Shown here piece after piece: positions 1 through 8,937 of a stretch of 32,000 bases of DNA. The position numbers and the translations under genes are program-made. The stretch spans positions 880,064 through 912,063 of the forward strand of contig NZ_JHUX01000003.1 in assembly GCF_000619845.1 (NCBI RefSeq), written 5' to 3'. Source of the stretch: Alkanindiges illinoisensis DSM 15370 (GTDB lineage Bacteria > Pseudomonadota > Gammaproteobacteria > Pseudomonadales > Moraxellaceae). The notes beneath the pieces are model-generated. The model saw nothing but the letters and a program-made list of their open reading frames with translations. It did not search any database and was not told the origin of the DNA. Within the stretch, counting starts at the first letter, position 1. Each line of letters starts with the position of its first letter.

Positions 1-807
1 AGTGTGGCCAAAACCCAGTTTGAAATGTTAATGGCTTTATTTACCATTGTCTCTATTGGAACAGTTGCGGTTTTTACCTCTGGATTAATTCAGCGGCTAT
101 TGCTACTTATTGGATTGATTGCATCATTTGCAGTATATGTACTTTTAGCTAATGGATTAGGTTACGGTGTACCAGTAAATTTTAGCCATGTCAGCCAGGC
201 TGCCTGGATTGGTTTACCGCAATTTCATCAGCCGCAATTTGACAGCACTTCCATTTTGCTAATTGCACCTATTGCGCTTATCCTGGTTGCTGAAAATTTA
301 GGTCATATCAAAGCAGTAAGTGGTATGACTGGTGAAAATCTGACACCTTATTTAGGACGGGCTTTTATTGCCGATGGAATTTGCACTAGTCTTTCAGGCA
401 GTGTTGGCGGCCCAGGCATGACCACCTATGCTGAAAATATTGGTGTGATGGCAGTAACACGGATCTACTCTACCCTGATTTTTGTGGTAGCAGCACTCAT
501 AGCCATTTTATTAGGTTTATCCCCAAAATTTGGTGCAATGATAAGCATTATTCCCACAGCAATTCTGGGAGGTGCTTCGATTGTCGTTTTTGGTTTAATT
601 ACGGTTGCTGGTGCAAAGATCTGGATCAATAACCAAGTAGATTTTAATAATAATAAAAATCTGCTTATTGCAGCAGCAACATTAATTTTAGGCACTGGCA
701 ACTTTGCACTTCACATTGGAACATTTGACTTGGGTGGCATTGGTACAGCAACTTTTGCAGCCATCTTACTCAATGCATTTTTTAACCTTAAAAAAGAAGT
801 TAACTAA
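1..807 (+). CDS. Nucleobase:cation symporter-2 (uracil/xanthine permease-type) transporter, C-terminal part; the 5' end lies outside the window
   Basis: The ORF is open to the window edge. It is a glycine-rich multi-TM sequence with 'VAENLGHIKAV' and 'TTYAENIGVMAVTR', as in UraA/PyrP-type NCS2 permeases. The GTG at 4 is probably internal. Stop TAA at 805-807. Confidence 0.8.
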   Translation, partial: SVAKTQFEMLMALFTIVSIGTVAVFTSGLIQRLLLLIGLIASFAVYVLLANGLGYGVPVNFSHVSQAAWIGLPQFHQPQFDSTSILLIAPIALILVAENLGHIKAVSGMTGENLTPYLGRAFIADGICTSLSGSVGGPGMTTYAENIGVMAVTRIYSTLIFVVAALIAILLGLSPKFGAMISIIPTAILGGASIVVFGLITVAGAKIWINNQVDFNNNKNLLIAAATLILGTGNFALHIGTFDLGGIGTATFAAILLNAFFNLKKEVN

Positions 808-828
808 AAACAAATTAATTGAGTTAAC

Positions 829-861
829 GAAAGTGCAGTTTCACAATACTTCTGCACCTTC
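829..861 (+). terminator. Weak stem-loop downstream of the permease gene (possible terminator)
   Basis: GAAAGTGCAG (829-838) pairs with CTGCACCTTC (852-861) in 9 of 10 positions, with a 13-nt loop. There is no clear T-tract after it, so confidence is low. Confidence 0.3.
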
Positions 862-991
862 AATTAATGAACTACTCTAAAACAGCTTACTTAAAATTAT
901 AAATAACTATGAGTTCACTTTAGAAATAATCGGCACTAAGCAAATTTTGCTAATATAACAAACTGTTCTTTAAGATAAGGTAAATTAAATC

Positions 992-1525
992 ATGGCTAAA
1001 AATGCTCTACAGGCGCAGCTTTTAAAAGCCGGCTTGGTTGATACCAAAAAAGCCCAGCAAATTAATAAGCAAAATCAGCATGCGAAGCGCACTGGTGAGC
1101 AAACCGATGCTGAGGTGAAACAGGCTCTTGCTGAAGCCCAAACCAAGAAATTGCAAAAAGATCAGCAGCTAAATCTGGAAAAGCAGCGTGCTCTTGAAGA
1201 AAAAACGCTAAAAGCTAATATTATACAAATGCTTAAGCAGCATCGCCTTAAAGAAACTGATGGAGAAATAGTCTACCAATTTGTTGATAATGGCAAGATT
1301 AAAAAGATTTATATCACCCAGAAGCTTTATGATCAGGTAGTAGCTGGCCATGTAGCCGTTGGCCGTCTGGAAGATAGTTATGCCCTGCTTCCCCGCCCAC
1401 TGGCTGATCGTATTAATGAAAAAATGACGGGATTTATTGTTGTGGCTAATACCAAGAGTGAGCAACAAATGGATGAGGATGATCCTTATGCTGCTTATGT
1501 AATTCCAGATGATTTAATGTGGTAA
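992..1525 (+). CDS. yaiL: DUF2058 family protein (YaiL-like)
   Basis: 177 aa. The N-terminus 'MAKNALQAQLLKAGLV...KKAQ', a lysine/glutamine-rich helical middle and an acidic C-terminus ending 'IPDDLMW' match my recollection of YaiL/DUF2058. Confidence 0.75.
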   Translation: MAKNALQAQLLKAGLVDTKKAQQINKQNQHAKRTGEQTDAEVKQALAEAQTKKLQKDQQLNLEKQRALEEKTLKANIIQMLKQHRLKETDGEIVYQFVDNGKIKKIYITQKLYDQVVAGHVAVGRLEDSYALLPRPLADRINEKMTGFIVVANTKSEQQMDEDDPYAAYVIPDDLMW

Positions 1526-1628
1526 GTGATTTTTCTGATTGGGGGTTCAGTTGTGAGTTTTAATTTATCAAGTGTCATATAATTTACACTAGGATATTAG
1601 ATTAGTTATTTAATATAATAGCAAAAAT

Positions 1629-1668
1629 AAAAACCGCTTATTCTTTGGAATAGCGGTTTTTATTTTTG
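1629..1668. terminator. Bidirectional rho-independent terminator between the convergent yaiL and pyrF genes
   Basis: AAAAACCGCT (1629-1638) pairs perfectly with AGCGGTTTTT (1652-1661), with further inner pairs. An A-run lies 5' and TTATTTTT lies 3', so it works on both strands. Confidence 0.8.
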
Positions 1669-1681
1669 CTAATTATCAAAG

Positions 1682-2377
1682 CTACTGAATAGACTGATAG
1701 ATTTGTATAAGCTTTTGTTGAGGGCTAGCAGCCTTTGTAATCGGACGACCAATTACCATATAGTCCACGCCATCCTGAATTGCCTGTAGTGGTGTTACAA
1801 TCCGTTTTTGATCATCGCTTGCACTATCAACAGGACGAATTCCCGGTGTAACCAATAAAAAATCCGGCCCCAATTGCGCTCTAAGAATTTTTGCTTCCTG
1901 TGCCGAGCACACTACACCATCTACACCACAGGATTTTGTTAAAGCTGCTAGTCTAACCACCTGCTCTGCTGCATTGACCTGAATGCCCAGCTCATAAAGA
2001 TCCTCATTACTCATGGAAGTAAGTACAGTAACGGCAATAAGATGGGTATTATAATTGCCCTTTTTGAGTCTTGATACCGTGGTTTCCATCATTTCACGGC
2101 CACCACTTGCATGCACATTAACCATCCATACCCCTAAGTCAGCCGCTGCCAGAACAGCCTGTGCCGTAGTATTCGGAATATCATGGAATTTAAGATCAAG
2201 AAAAACTTCAAACTGGCGCTGATGCAATTCCTGAATAATCTGCGGACCAAGCCGGGTGAATAATTCCTTCCCTACCTTTAGGCGGCATAATTTGGGATCC
2301 ATCTGATCTGCCAGATTTAAGGCATCACACTGGTTATTGACATCAAGGGCAACAATAATACTCAAAATCGTATCCAA
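1682..2377 (-). CDS. pyrF: Orotidine 5'-phosphate decarboxylase
   Basis: 231 aa with the '[10 protein letters not shown]' active-site motif and 'VALDV' N-terminus. The first possible start is TTG at 2377, since an in-frame TGA lies two codons upstream. A second TTG is at 2365. No ATG is available. Confidence 0.93.
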   Translation of the reverse strand: MDTILSIIVALDVNNQCDALNLADQMDPKLCRLKVGKELFTRLGPQIIQELHQRQFEVFLDLKFHDIPNTTAQAVLAAADLGVWMVNVHASGGREMMETTVSRLKKGNYNTHLIAVTVLTSMSNEDLYELGIQVNAAEQVVRLAALTKSCGVDGVVCSAQEAKILRAQLGPDFLLVTPGIRPVDSASDDQKRIVTPLQAIQDGVDYMVIGRPITKAASPQQKLIQIYQSIQ

Positions 2378-2386
2378 ACATCAGGC

Positions 2387-2415
2387 AATAAAAAAGCCCA
2401 TTATAATGGGCTTTT
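2387..2415 (-). terminator. Rho-independent terminator/attenuator-like hairpin overlapping the lapA stop codon
   Basis: The minus strand reads AAAAGCCCA-TTATAA-TGGGCTTTT followed by TTATT. The lapA TAA stop lies in the loop. The structure ends about 9 nt before the pyrF TTG. Confidence 0.6.
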
Positions 2416-2751
2416 GTGTTGAGCGGGAGTCACATCGACTACCGTTTTTTCATGCTGGGCTGCGATTGCAGCAGCACTTGCAGCCTGAATTTGTTGCTGC
2501 CTTAGTATCTCAATTTCACGGTTTAACCGCTGGACTTCCCAGTTTCGCTGAAATACCTTGAACACAACAACACCCAGTAGCAAGCCAATGATGATACCTA
2601 ATACCAAGGTAAGCAGTAACAGCAATCCTGCACGCATCGTAGGTACTTGAGTAAATAACAGGTCCACTGGCAGTTCGGTGCTATTTTGTAATACTAACGT
2701 AAGCGCATAGCCAAAAATAATGATGAGCAATACTATTAAAACATAGCGCAT
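2401..2751 (-). CDS. lapA: Lipopolysaccharide assembly protein LapA (YciS/DUF1049-like)
   Basis: 116 aa with two N-terminal TM helices followed by a helical 'EIEILRQQQIQAASAAA' tail. Its position between ihfB and pyrF is typical for lapA. Confidence 0.7.
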   Translation of the reverse strand: MRYVLIVLLIIIFGYALTLVLQNSTELPVDLLFTQVPTMRAGLLLLLTLVLGIIIGLLLGVVVFKVFQRNWEVQRLNREIEILRQQQIQAASAAAIAAQHEKTVVDVTPAQHKSPL

Positions 2752-2777
2752 TGCGTTCTCCAGTTTAAGAATTATGT

Positions 2778-3086
2778 TTATTTGGAATTTAAGGCTTCAT
2801 TTACGGCATCGCGTAAGGCTTTACCCGGTTTAAAATGAGGTACTGCTTTGGCAGCTACTTTTACCGAATCACCAGTCTTTGGATTACGACCAACTCGCGG
2901 ATCTCGATGATGCAGGGCAAAACTGCCAAATCCACGAATTTCAATACGGTTATTGGTTGCTAGGGTGCCGATCATTTGATCAAGCATAGTTTTAACGGCT
3001 TCTTCAACAACAGCTTCGGAAATGTTGGTTTGCTTAACAGCAATCCGTTCTATGAGGTCAGATTTATTTAAGGCATTAGTTGTCAT
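2778..3086 (-). CDS. ihfB: Integration host factor subunit beta
   Basis: 102 aa HU/IHF fold with '[14 protein letters not shown]' and 'RVGRNPKTG'. It lies immediately downstream of rpsA, as in many proteobacteria. Confidence 0.95.
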   Translation of the reverse strand: MTTNALNKSDLIERIAVKQTNISEAVVEEAVKTMLDQMIGTLATNNRIEIRGFGSFALHHRDPRVGRNPKTGDSVKVAAKAVPHFKPGKALRDAVNEALNSK

Positions 3087-3138
3087 GATTAATCTCTTAG
3101 AAATTCAGATAGTTAATCATAACAGTTTTTTATAATAG

Positions 3139-3173
3139 TTCGGTAGCACGAGTTTTATCACTGTGCTACCGAA
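3139..3173 (-). other. Perfect 11-bp stem-loop in the rpsA-ihfB spacer
   Basis: TTCGGTAGCAC (3139-3149) pairs with GTGCTACCGAA (3163-3173), with a 13-nt loop. On the sense (minus) strand no U-tract follows it, so it could be a partial terminator or a processing/stability element. Confidence 0.4.
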
Positions 3174-3209
3174 TGCAACTTTTTATTAAAAGTAAGTGCT
3201 AAATTTCAC

Positions 3210-4895
3210 TTACTTGTTCTGAGCAGCCTTGATCAGGTCACCCAGAGTTTTAGGACCTGCGTCCTGATTAGTAGCAGCTGGGGTGGTCGTGCGCAGATTA
3301 TTGATGGCTTCACGCTCTTCCGCTTCATCTTTTGCCTTAATAGACAAGTTGATAGAACGGGATTTGCGGTCAACATTGATAATCTTGGCTTCGATTTCCT
3401 GGCCAACGCTTAAGTGCTTGGTTGCATCTTCAACGCGGTCACGGTTGATTTCAGAAGCTTTTAAGGTTGCTTCGATGTCGTCAGCCAGTTTTACAGTAGC
3501 GCCACGGGCATCAACTTCAGTAATCGTACCTTTAACCAGAGCACCGCGCTCATTCTTAGACAGATAGTCATTGAATGGATCGTTGTTCAGTTGTTTTACG
3601 CCAAGGCTGATACGGTTGCCTTCTGCATCAACAGACAGGATAACAGCTTCAACAGTGTCACCTTTCTTGTAACGACGGATGGCTTCTTCACCAGCTTCGT
3701 TCCAGGAAATGTCAGACAGGTGAACCAGGCCATCAATACCACCTGGCAAACCAATGAAGATACCAAAGTCAGTGATTGACTTGATCGTACCAGACACTTT
3801 TTCGCCTTTTTCGTGGTTCTTGGCAAACTCTTCCCATGGGTTAGCACGGGTTTGTTTAATGCCCAGAGAAATACGACGACGCTCTTCGTCCACTTCCAGA
3901 ACCATAACATCAACTTCATCACCAATCTGAACCACTTTGGATGGATGAATGTTTTTGTTGGTATGATCCATTTCAGATACGTGTACCAGACCTTCGACAC
4001 CTTCAGCGATTTCTGCAAAGCAGCCGTAGTCAGTCAGGTTGGTTACGCGTGCCTTAACGATTGAGCCTTTTGGATAACGGCTCATGATTTCCAGCCATGG
4101 ATCAGAACCTAACTGTTTCAGGCCCAAGGATACACGGTTGCGCTCGCGGTCAAACTTCAGGACCTTAACAGTCACTTCCTGACCAACTTCTACCACTTCA
4201 GATGGATGCTTGATGCGTTTCCAAGCCATGTCAGTGATGTGCAACAGGCCATCAATACCACCCAGATCAACGAATGCACCGTAGTCTGTCAGGTTTTTGA
4301 TTACGCCAGTAACAACCTGACCTTCTTCCAGTTGACCCAGCAGTGCTTCACGCTCTGCAGAGCTTTCGGCTTCCATAACCGCACGACGGCTTACCACAAC
4401 GTTATTGCGTTTGGCGTCAAGCTTGATGACCTTGAATTCCAGGTCCTTGCCTTCCAGATGAGTGGTGTCACGGATAGGACGAGTGTCTACCAGAGAACCT
4501 GGCAGGAACGCACGAACTGGACCGATGTCCACAGTGAAGCCGCCTTTAACCTTACCAGAAATAACGCCGGTAACGATTTCGCCATCTTCAAAGATTTTCT
4601 CAAGTTTGGTCCAGGTTTCAGCACGCTTGGCTTTTTCGCGAGACAGTACAGTTTGACCCATACCGTTGTCTAACGCTTCAACCACTACGTCAACGGTGTC
4701 GCCAACAGCAACTTCCAGTTCACGCTGATCGTTTAGAAACTCTGAACGAGGCACTACACCTTCAGACTTAAGACCGGTATCAACTGTTACCCAGTCGCTG
4801 TCGATGTTTACTACGGTGCCTTGGATCACTGCGCCTTTTTCGACGTCAAGATTTAATTGGCTTTCTTCAAATAAGGCGGCAAAAGATTCCGTCAT
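3210..4895 (-). CDS. rpsA: 30S ribosomal protein S1
   Basis: 561 aa with six S1 repeats. The N-terminus '[12 protein letters not shown]' and the repeated 'G.V....GGF.VD.GG..GL.H.S' pattern are typical. Confidence 0.97.
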   Translation of the reverse strand: MTESFAALFEESQLNLDVEKGAVIQGTVVNIDSDWVTVDTGLKSEGVVPRSEFLNDQRELEVAVGDTVDVVVEALDNGMGQTVLSREKAKRAETWTKLEKIFEDGEIVTGVISGKVKGGFTVDIGPVRAFLPGSLVDTRPIRDTTHLEGKDLEFKVIKLDAKRNNVVVSRRAVMEAESSAEREALLGQLEEGQVVTGVIKNLTDYGAFVDLGGIDGLLHITDMAWKRIKHPSEVVEVGQEVTVKVLKFDRERNRVSLGLKQLGSDPWLEIMSRYPKGSIVKARVTNLTDYGCFAEIAEGVEGLVHVSEMDHTNKNIHPSKVVQIGDEVDVMVLEVDEERRRISLGIKQTRANPWEEFAKNHEKGEKVSGTIKSITDFGIFIGLPGGIDGLVHLSDISWNEAGEEAIRRYKKGDTVEAVILSVDAEGNRISLGVKQLNNDPFNDYLSKNERGALVKGTITEVDARGATVKLADDIEATLKASEINRDRVEDATKHLSVGQEIEAKIINVDRKSRSINLSIKAKDEAEEREAINNLRTTTPAATNQDAGPKTLGDLIKAAQNK

Positions 4896-4959
4896 GGTAT
4901 ACCTTGTTGGTTAGTGAAGCCGTCCTGGATCAGTCAGGTACGGGATTAAGTGAGATAAC

Positions 4960-4993
4960 CTGCAATGACTCTAAATCTGATCACTCATTGCAG
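4960..4993 (-). promoter_or_regulatory. Inverted repeat in the cmk-rpsA spacer (rpsA 5' leader structure or cmk terminator)
   Basis: CTGCAATGA (4960-4968) and TCATTGCAG (4985-4993) form perfect 9-bp arms with a 16-nt loop, about 65 nt upstream of the rpsA ATG. Confidence 0.35.
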
Positions 4994-5071
4994 CTATCAT
5001 AAAAAAGATGTTACAAAAATGGTCTAAACTGATTTTCCCAGCAGGCTTAGGGCGAACTGTTAGCACATGGA

Positions 5072-5749
5072 TTAGTGTTTGCTGTCAATATAATCAATCA
5101 GTGTTTTTAGCACTTGATCAATCGATAAATCTGAGCTATCAATAACCAAAGCATCATGCGCCGGCTTTAGCGGAGCAACGGTTCGCTCCATGTCACGCTT
5201 ATCGCGAGCCTGCAGGTCAGCTAAAATGGCATCAATTTTAGCATCAACACCCATGCCCTGCAACTGTTTTACACGACGGGCTGCCCTGGCCTCTACACTG
5301 GCCGTTAAATAAATTTTGGCAGGGGCTTCCGGAAACACCACAGTTCCCATATCACGACCATCAGCCACTAGTCCCGGCGCTCTGGCAAAATCACGTTGAC
5401 GCTTAAATAAGGCTTCACGCAGACTTGGAATCACCGCCACTTTGGAAGCCATACTGCCCACTTCTTCGGTACGGATCTGGTCAGTAACATCCTGACCATT
5501 TAGCAAAATCTGTGTACCTTGATTATCCTGCACAATAAACTGAATATCCAAAGAAGCTGCAAGGTGTTCCAGTGCAGACAAATTCAACGGCTCCTGTAAC
5601 AAATTAGCCCGATGAGCGGCCAGTCCGAGCAATCGGTACAATGCACCCGAATCCAGAAAATGGTAACCATAGTGCCGGGCCAGTTTTCCGGCAAGTGTTC
5701 CCTTGCCCGAGCCACTTGGCCCATCAATTGTAATCACAAAAACAGACAT
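5072..5749 (-). CDS. cmk: Cytidylate kinase
   Basis: 225 aa with the P-loop '[10 protein letters not shown]' and '[10 protein letters not shown]'. The cmk-rpsA-ihfB order is conserved. Confidence 0.95.
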   Translation of the reverse strand: MSVFVITIDGPSGSGKGTLAGKLARHYGYHFLDSGALYRLLGLAAHRANLLQEPLNLSALEHLAASLDIQFIVQDNQGTQILLNGQDVTDQIRTEEVGSMASKVAVIPSLREALFKRQRDFARAPGLVADGRDMGTVVFPEAPAKIYLTASVEARAARRVKQLQGMGVDAKIDAILADLQARDKRDMERTVAPLKPAHDALVIDSSDLSIDQVLKTLIDYIDSKH

Positions 5750-5780
5750 GCAATAATCGCCTTATAACCTGAAATCTGCT

Positions 5781-6209
5781 CTATAGCTGGCGCGCAATTT
5801 TTGCAAGACCTACACCAATCGCAACTTTTAGACCTGCCAGAACAGGCAATGACATTAATGGCAGTTTGCCAGTGAGTTCAATCTCATAAGTCAGCAAAGT
5901 ACCACCGTCAATGGTAGTAAATTTAAGCCGTCCTACATGATGTTTAATCAAAGGATTGCCAATCAGCTTATATTCAATTAACTGATTTGGTTCTAGCGTG
6001 ATGATTTGCTCTTTAATTGGCTTAACAGGGCCAAAACCCATCTGGCGCACAGAACCCAGACCATCCGGATTTTGCGGATCAGCAGAATCCTTAATGCGTT
6101 CTACCTGTACTGGCCAGAAAGCATCGTTATAAATACTGTGTTTGGAAAATGCCTCAAAAACCTGTGCGGGCGATTGTTTAAATTTTTGTTGAACGGTAAT
6201 TTTTGCCAT
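5781..6209 (-). CDS. SRPBCC (START/polyketide-cyclase-like) family protein
   Basis: 142 aa. The size and the pattern of beta-strands with a C-terminal helix resemble the polyketide_cyc2/SRPBCC family. I recognised no catalytic motif. Confidence 0.55.
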   Translation of the reverse strand: MAKITVQQKFKQSPAQVFEAFSKHSIYNDAFWPVQVERIKDSADPQNPDGLGSVRQMGFGPVKPIKEQIITLEPNQLIEYKLIGNPLIKHHVGRLKFTTIDGGTLLTYEIELTGKLPLMSLPVLAGLKVAIGVGLAKIARQL

Positions 6210-6310
6210 AGCAGCGATCTGTCGTAAAAAAATTGCCCTAGCCTATCATAATTTTTTTATATTGCTGGCTTTTTCAATAATTGTTAACAATCAGCGGGTT
6301 GTTTGAAATG

Positions 6311-6805
6311 CTATTTTTGACGACGTGCCGCAAAAAACTGCTTCAGTATTTGTTGTGATTGTTCAGCAAGAATACCACCCTCAAAACTGAAAAAATGGTT
6401 ATAAAAGCCACTTTGCATCAGTTGGCGGGCACTAATCAGTGAGCCAGCACGAGGCTCTGATGCAGCAAATACGACATGCTGCACCCGGGCATGAATCAAT
6501 GCACCGACACACTGGGTGCAAGGTTCGAGAGTTACATACAATGTAGTATTGGCAGGCAACCGATAATTTTGCAAACGCTGGCATGCGTCCCGAATAGCAC
6601 AGACTTCAGCATGCGCAGTGGGATCGTGCAGTCCAATTGGTTGGTTAAAGCCTGAGCCGATGACCTGCTCATCATGAACCAGGATTGCACCCACTGGCAC
6701 TTCGCCACAGCTTGCTGCCTGCTGGGCCAGTTGTAAGGCCTTCTGCATCCAGTACGCATGCTTATCCGCTGGCGTACTGTCATGAAAATCTACATCAGAC
6801 AGCAA
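6311..6805 (-). CDS. tadA: tRNA adenosine(34) deaminase
   Basis: 164 aa with the CDA zinc motifs 'HAEVCAIR' and 'PCTQCVGAL'. Confidence 0.9.
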   Translation of the reverse strand: MLSDVDFHDSTPADKHAYWMQKALQLAQQAASCGEVPVGAILVHDEQVIGSGFNQPIGLHDPTAHAEVCAIRDACQRLQNYRLPANTTLYVTLEPCTQCVGALIHARVQHVVFAASEPRAGSLISARQLMQSGFYNHFFSFEGGILAEQSQQILKQFFAARRQK

Positions 6806-6853
6806 TGTACTACACCCAGTTTGCCAAATCGCGGCGATTAAATGTGATGAACA

Positions 6854-7975
6854 TCAAACCACATCAAACTTTTGCAGAATTTCCATCCACTCTGGATCAT
6901 CGGCTACTGGGACGGTTCCTAATGCTTCTTTTAAGCTATTAAATGACTTGGCCTGCCATGACGGAGATAAGTCCTTATCTACCAGACGGGCACGTACACC
7001 TTCATTAAAGTCAGGATGCACGGTTTTCCATTCAGCCAAAGTTTTTTCCAGCTCAAACACACGTGACCATGCCGGTGCTGTTTTACCCCATTGCCACAAC
7101 AGCCAGGTCAGCGCAGCCGTAGAGGGCGACCCTTTGGCCAGATTCTCACCTGCCTGACGCAGCCAGTCACTACGCGCTTCCATCAGGCTGGTGATGGCCT
7201 GATAGTCCTGCATAAAATTTTGTCCACGGCAAACACTATGAATCACATCCAGTGAATCCTGTAACGGCCCAGCAGACAATGGACGATGCAGCGCATCCAG
7301 TGTGTCATCAATAGCCCGGAAAGACCCAGCCGGATAGGCTTCCCAGTCGATCTGGGTAAGACGGACCAGTACTTCCTCACGGGTTTCGCCACTGATATGG
7401 GTTGCCCAGCCAATAGTATAGGCGCCTGAAGCACTCATGATGGAACCAGTCAGACCCAGAAACAGGCCAATCGCTCCACGTTCTGCCAGAAAGCGTGTAG
7501 CGCCAACATCTGGATACAGGCCAATATTGATTTCTGGCATCGCCAGTCGTGAATAGGGTGTCACTAGACGGAATGGAGCAGCCATAAACAGCCCCATGCC
7601 ACCGCCCATCACATAACCTTCGCCCCAGACCACGACAGGCTTTGGATACTGGTGCAAAGCCAGATCCAGCGCATATTCTTCCTTAAAAAAACCGTGCGCA
7701 GCAGTAACTTCATTATTAAGGATAAGTTGCCGCAGTTTGCGCACATCACCACCGGCACAAAATGCTTTCGGTGTGGTGCTATCGAGCCAGATGGCTGTGG
7801 TCTGCTCATCGGTTTTTAAGGTTGCAAACACATCAAATAATGCTTTGGCCGACGCTTCATCCAGCGCATGCAAGGATTTTGGACGATTCAGGCGTACCAG
7901 CGTCCAGCCATTGCCAATGCGTTCTACAATTAAGTCTGGATGCTCAGTTAGGTTTGTCATGTAGTAGTTACTCAT
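6854..7975 (-). CDS. Enoyl-CoA hydratase/isomerase family protein (ECH_2; 3-hydroxyisobutyryl-CoA hydrolase-like)
   Basis: Contains 'LNRPKSLHALD', 'FCAGGDVRKL' and 'GYVMGGGMGL...MPEINIGLYPDVGATRFL'. The start is ambiguous among ATG at 7990, 7975 and 7960. The ATG at 7975 forms an ATGA overlap with the ung stop. Confidence 0.8.
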   Translation of the reverse strand: MSNYYMTNLTEHPDLIVERIGNGWTLVRLNRPKSLHALDEASAKALFDVFATLKTDEQTTAIWLDSTTPKAFCAGGDVRKLRQLILNNEVTAAHGFFKEEYALDLALHQYPKPVVVWGEGYVMGGGMGLFMAAPFRLVTPYSRLAMPEINIGLYPDVGATRFLAERGAIGLFLGLTGSIMSASGAYTIGWATHISGETREEVLVRLTQIDWEAYPAGSFRAIDDTLDALHRPLSAGPLQDSLDVIHSVCRGQNFMQDYQAITSLMEARSDWLRQAGENLAKGSPSTAALTWLLWQWGKTAPAWSRVFELEKTLAEWKTVHPDFNEGVRARLVDKDLSPSWQAKSFNSLKEALGTVPVADDPEWMEILQKFDVV

Positions 7976-8676
7976 TCGTCCAATTGCCATTGAATAGGTG
8001 CTTTTCCATGCTGGCTCAAATACTGGTTTGTTTTTGAAAACACTTTACAGCCAAAAAAACCACCCCGATTGGCAGCCAGTGGTGATGGATGGGCCGCCTT
8101 TAAAATTAAATGTCTGCTGCTATCAATGCGCTTGCCTTTACGCTGTGCGTAAGCACCCCATAAAATGAAAACCGTATGTTCGGTCTTTTCATTAATGACA
8201 TCAATAACACGGTCTGTAAAATCTTCCCAGCCTTTATTCTGATGGGATGTTGGTGCGCCTGCATTGACTGTCAATACACTGTTTAGTAGTAATACACCCT
8301 GCCGGGCCCAGCCGGATAAATCACCATGTCTGGCAGGTGGAATGCCCAGATCGTTATACAGTTCCTGATAAATATTTTTCAACGAAGGGGGTAATGGAAC
8401 CCCGCGCTGCACTGAGAATGACATGCCATTGGCCTGATTAGGTCCATGATAAGGATCCTGTCCTAAAATCACGACTTTGACTTCATCAAGCGGGGTGGTA
8501 TTTAATGCACTGAAGATTAAGGGACTAGGCGGATAGATAACCTGTTTTTCCTGCTTTTGCGTGGATAAAAAATCACGCAACTGCGTCATGGTATCGCTAA
8601 CCAGAATATCAGTGAGAGGCTGTTTCCAGCTCGGATCAAGCTTTACCCGGTCCAGTATGGTCTCTTCCTGATTCAC
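7972..8676 (-). CDS. ung: Uracil-DNA glycosylase (family 1)
   Basis: 234 aa with 'GQDPYHGPNQANGMSFSV' and 'HPSPLA'. Confidence 0.95.
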   Translation of the reverse strand: MNQEETILDRVKLDPSWKQPLTDILVSDTMTQLRDFLSTQKQEKQVIYPPSPLIFSALNTTPLDEVKVVILGQDPYHGPNQANGMSFSVQRGVPLPPSLKNIYQELYNDLGIPPARHGDLSGWARQGVLLLNSVLTVNAGAPTSHQNKGWEDFTDRVIDVINEKTEHTVFILWGAYAQRKGKRIDSSRHLILKAAHPSPLAANRGGFFGCKVFSKTNQYLSQHGKAPIQWQLDE

Positions 8677-8937
8677 TGCTCTCTCCCTTTTACTTCAATG
8701 ATTTTTCACACAAATGCAGTGCTTTTTTAGCACTGTAATTATACCTTTAAATCAAGCTTAATAGGCTTAAAGCCTTTGAAAATACCACTCTATTGTTATT
8801 TTTTGTTCAAGAAACCAGCATCAAAAACCATATCAGCCTTAATATTAGCGTTTTTTCTAACTGTTATCAGTAAATATGTACGACAAATATATATTTATGA
8901 CCTTAAAATATCAGCATTGGAATATAGGCTGTGACTT

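Noticed and set aside
3283-4673. Six ORFs of 62-155 aa inside rpsA: five antisense, plus one out-of-frame on the rpsA coding strand (3596-4018).
   Set aside because: They lie entirely within a highly conserved, strongly codon-biased gene. Their sequences are low-complexity and motif-free. They are typical shadow ORFs.
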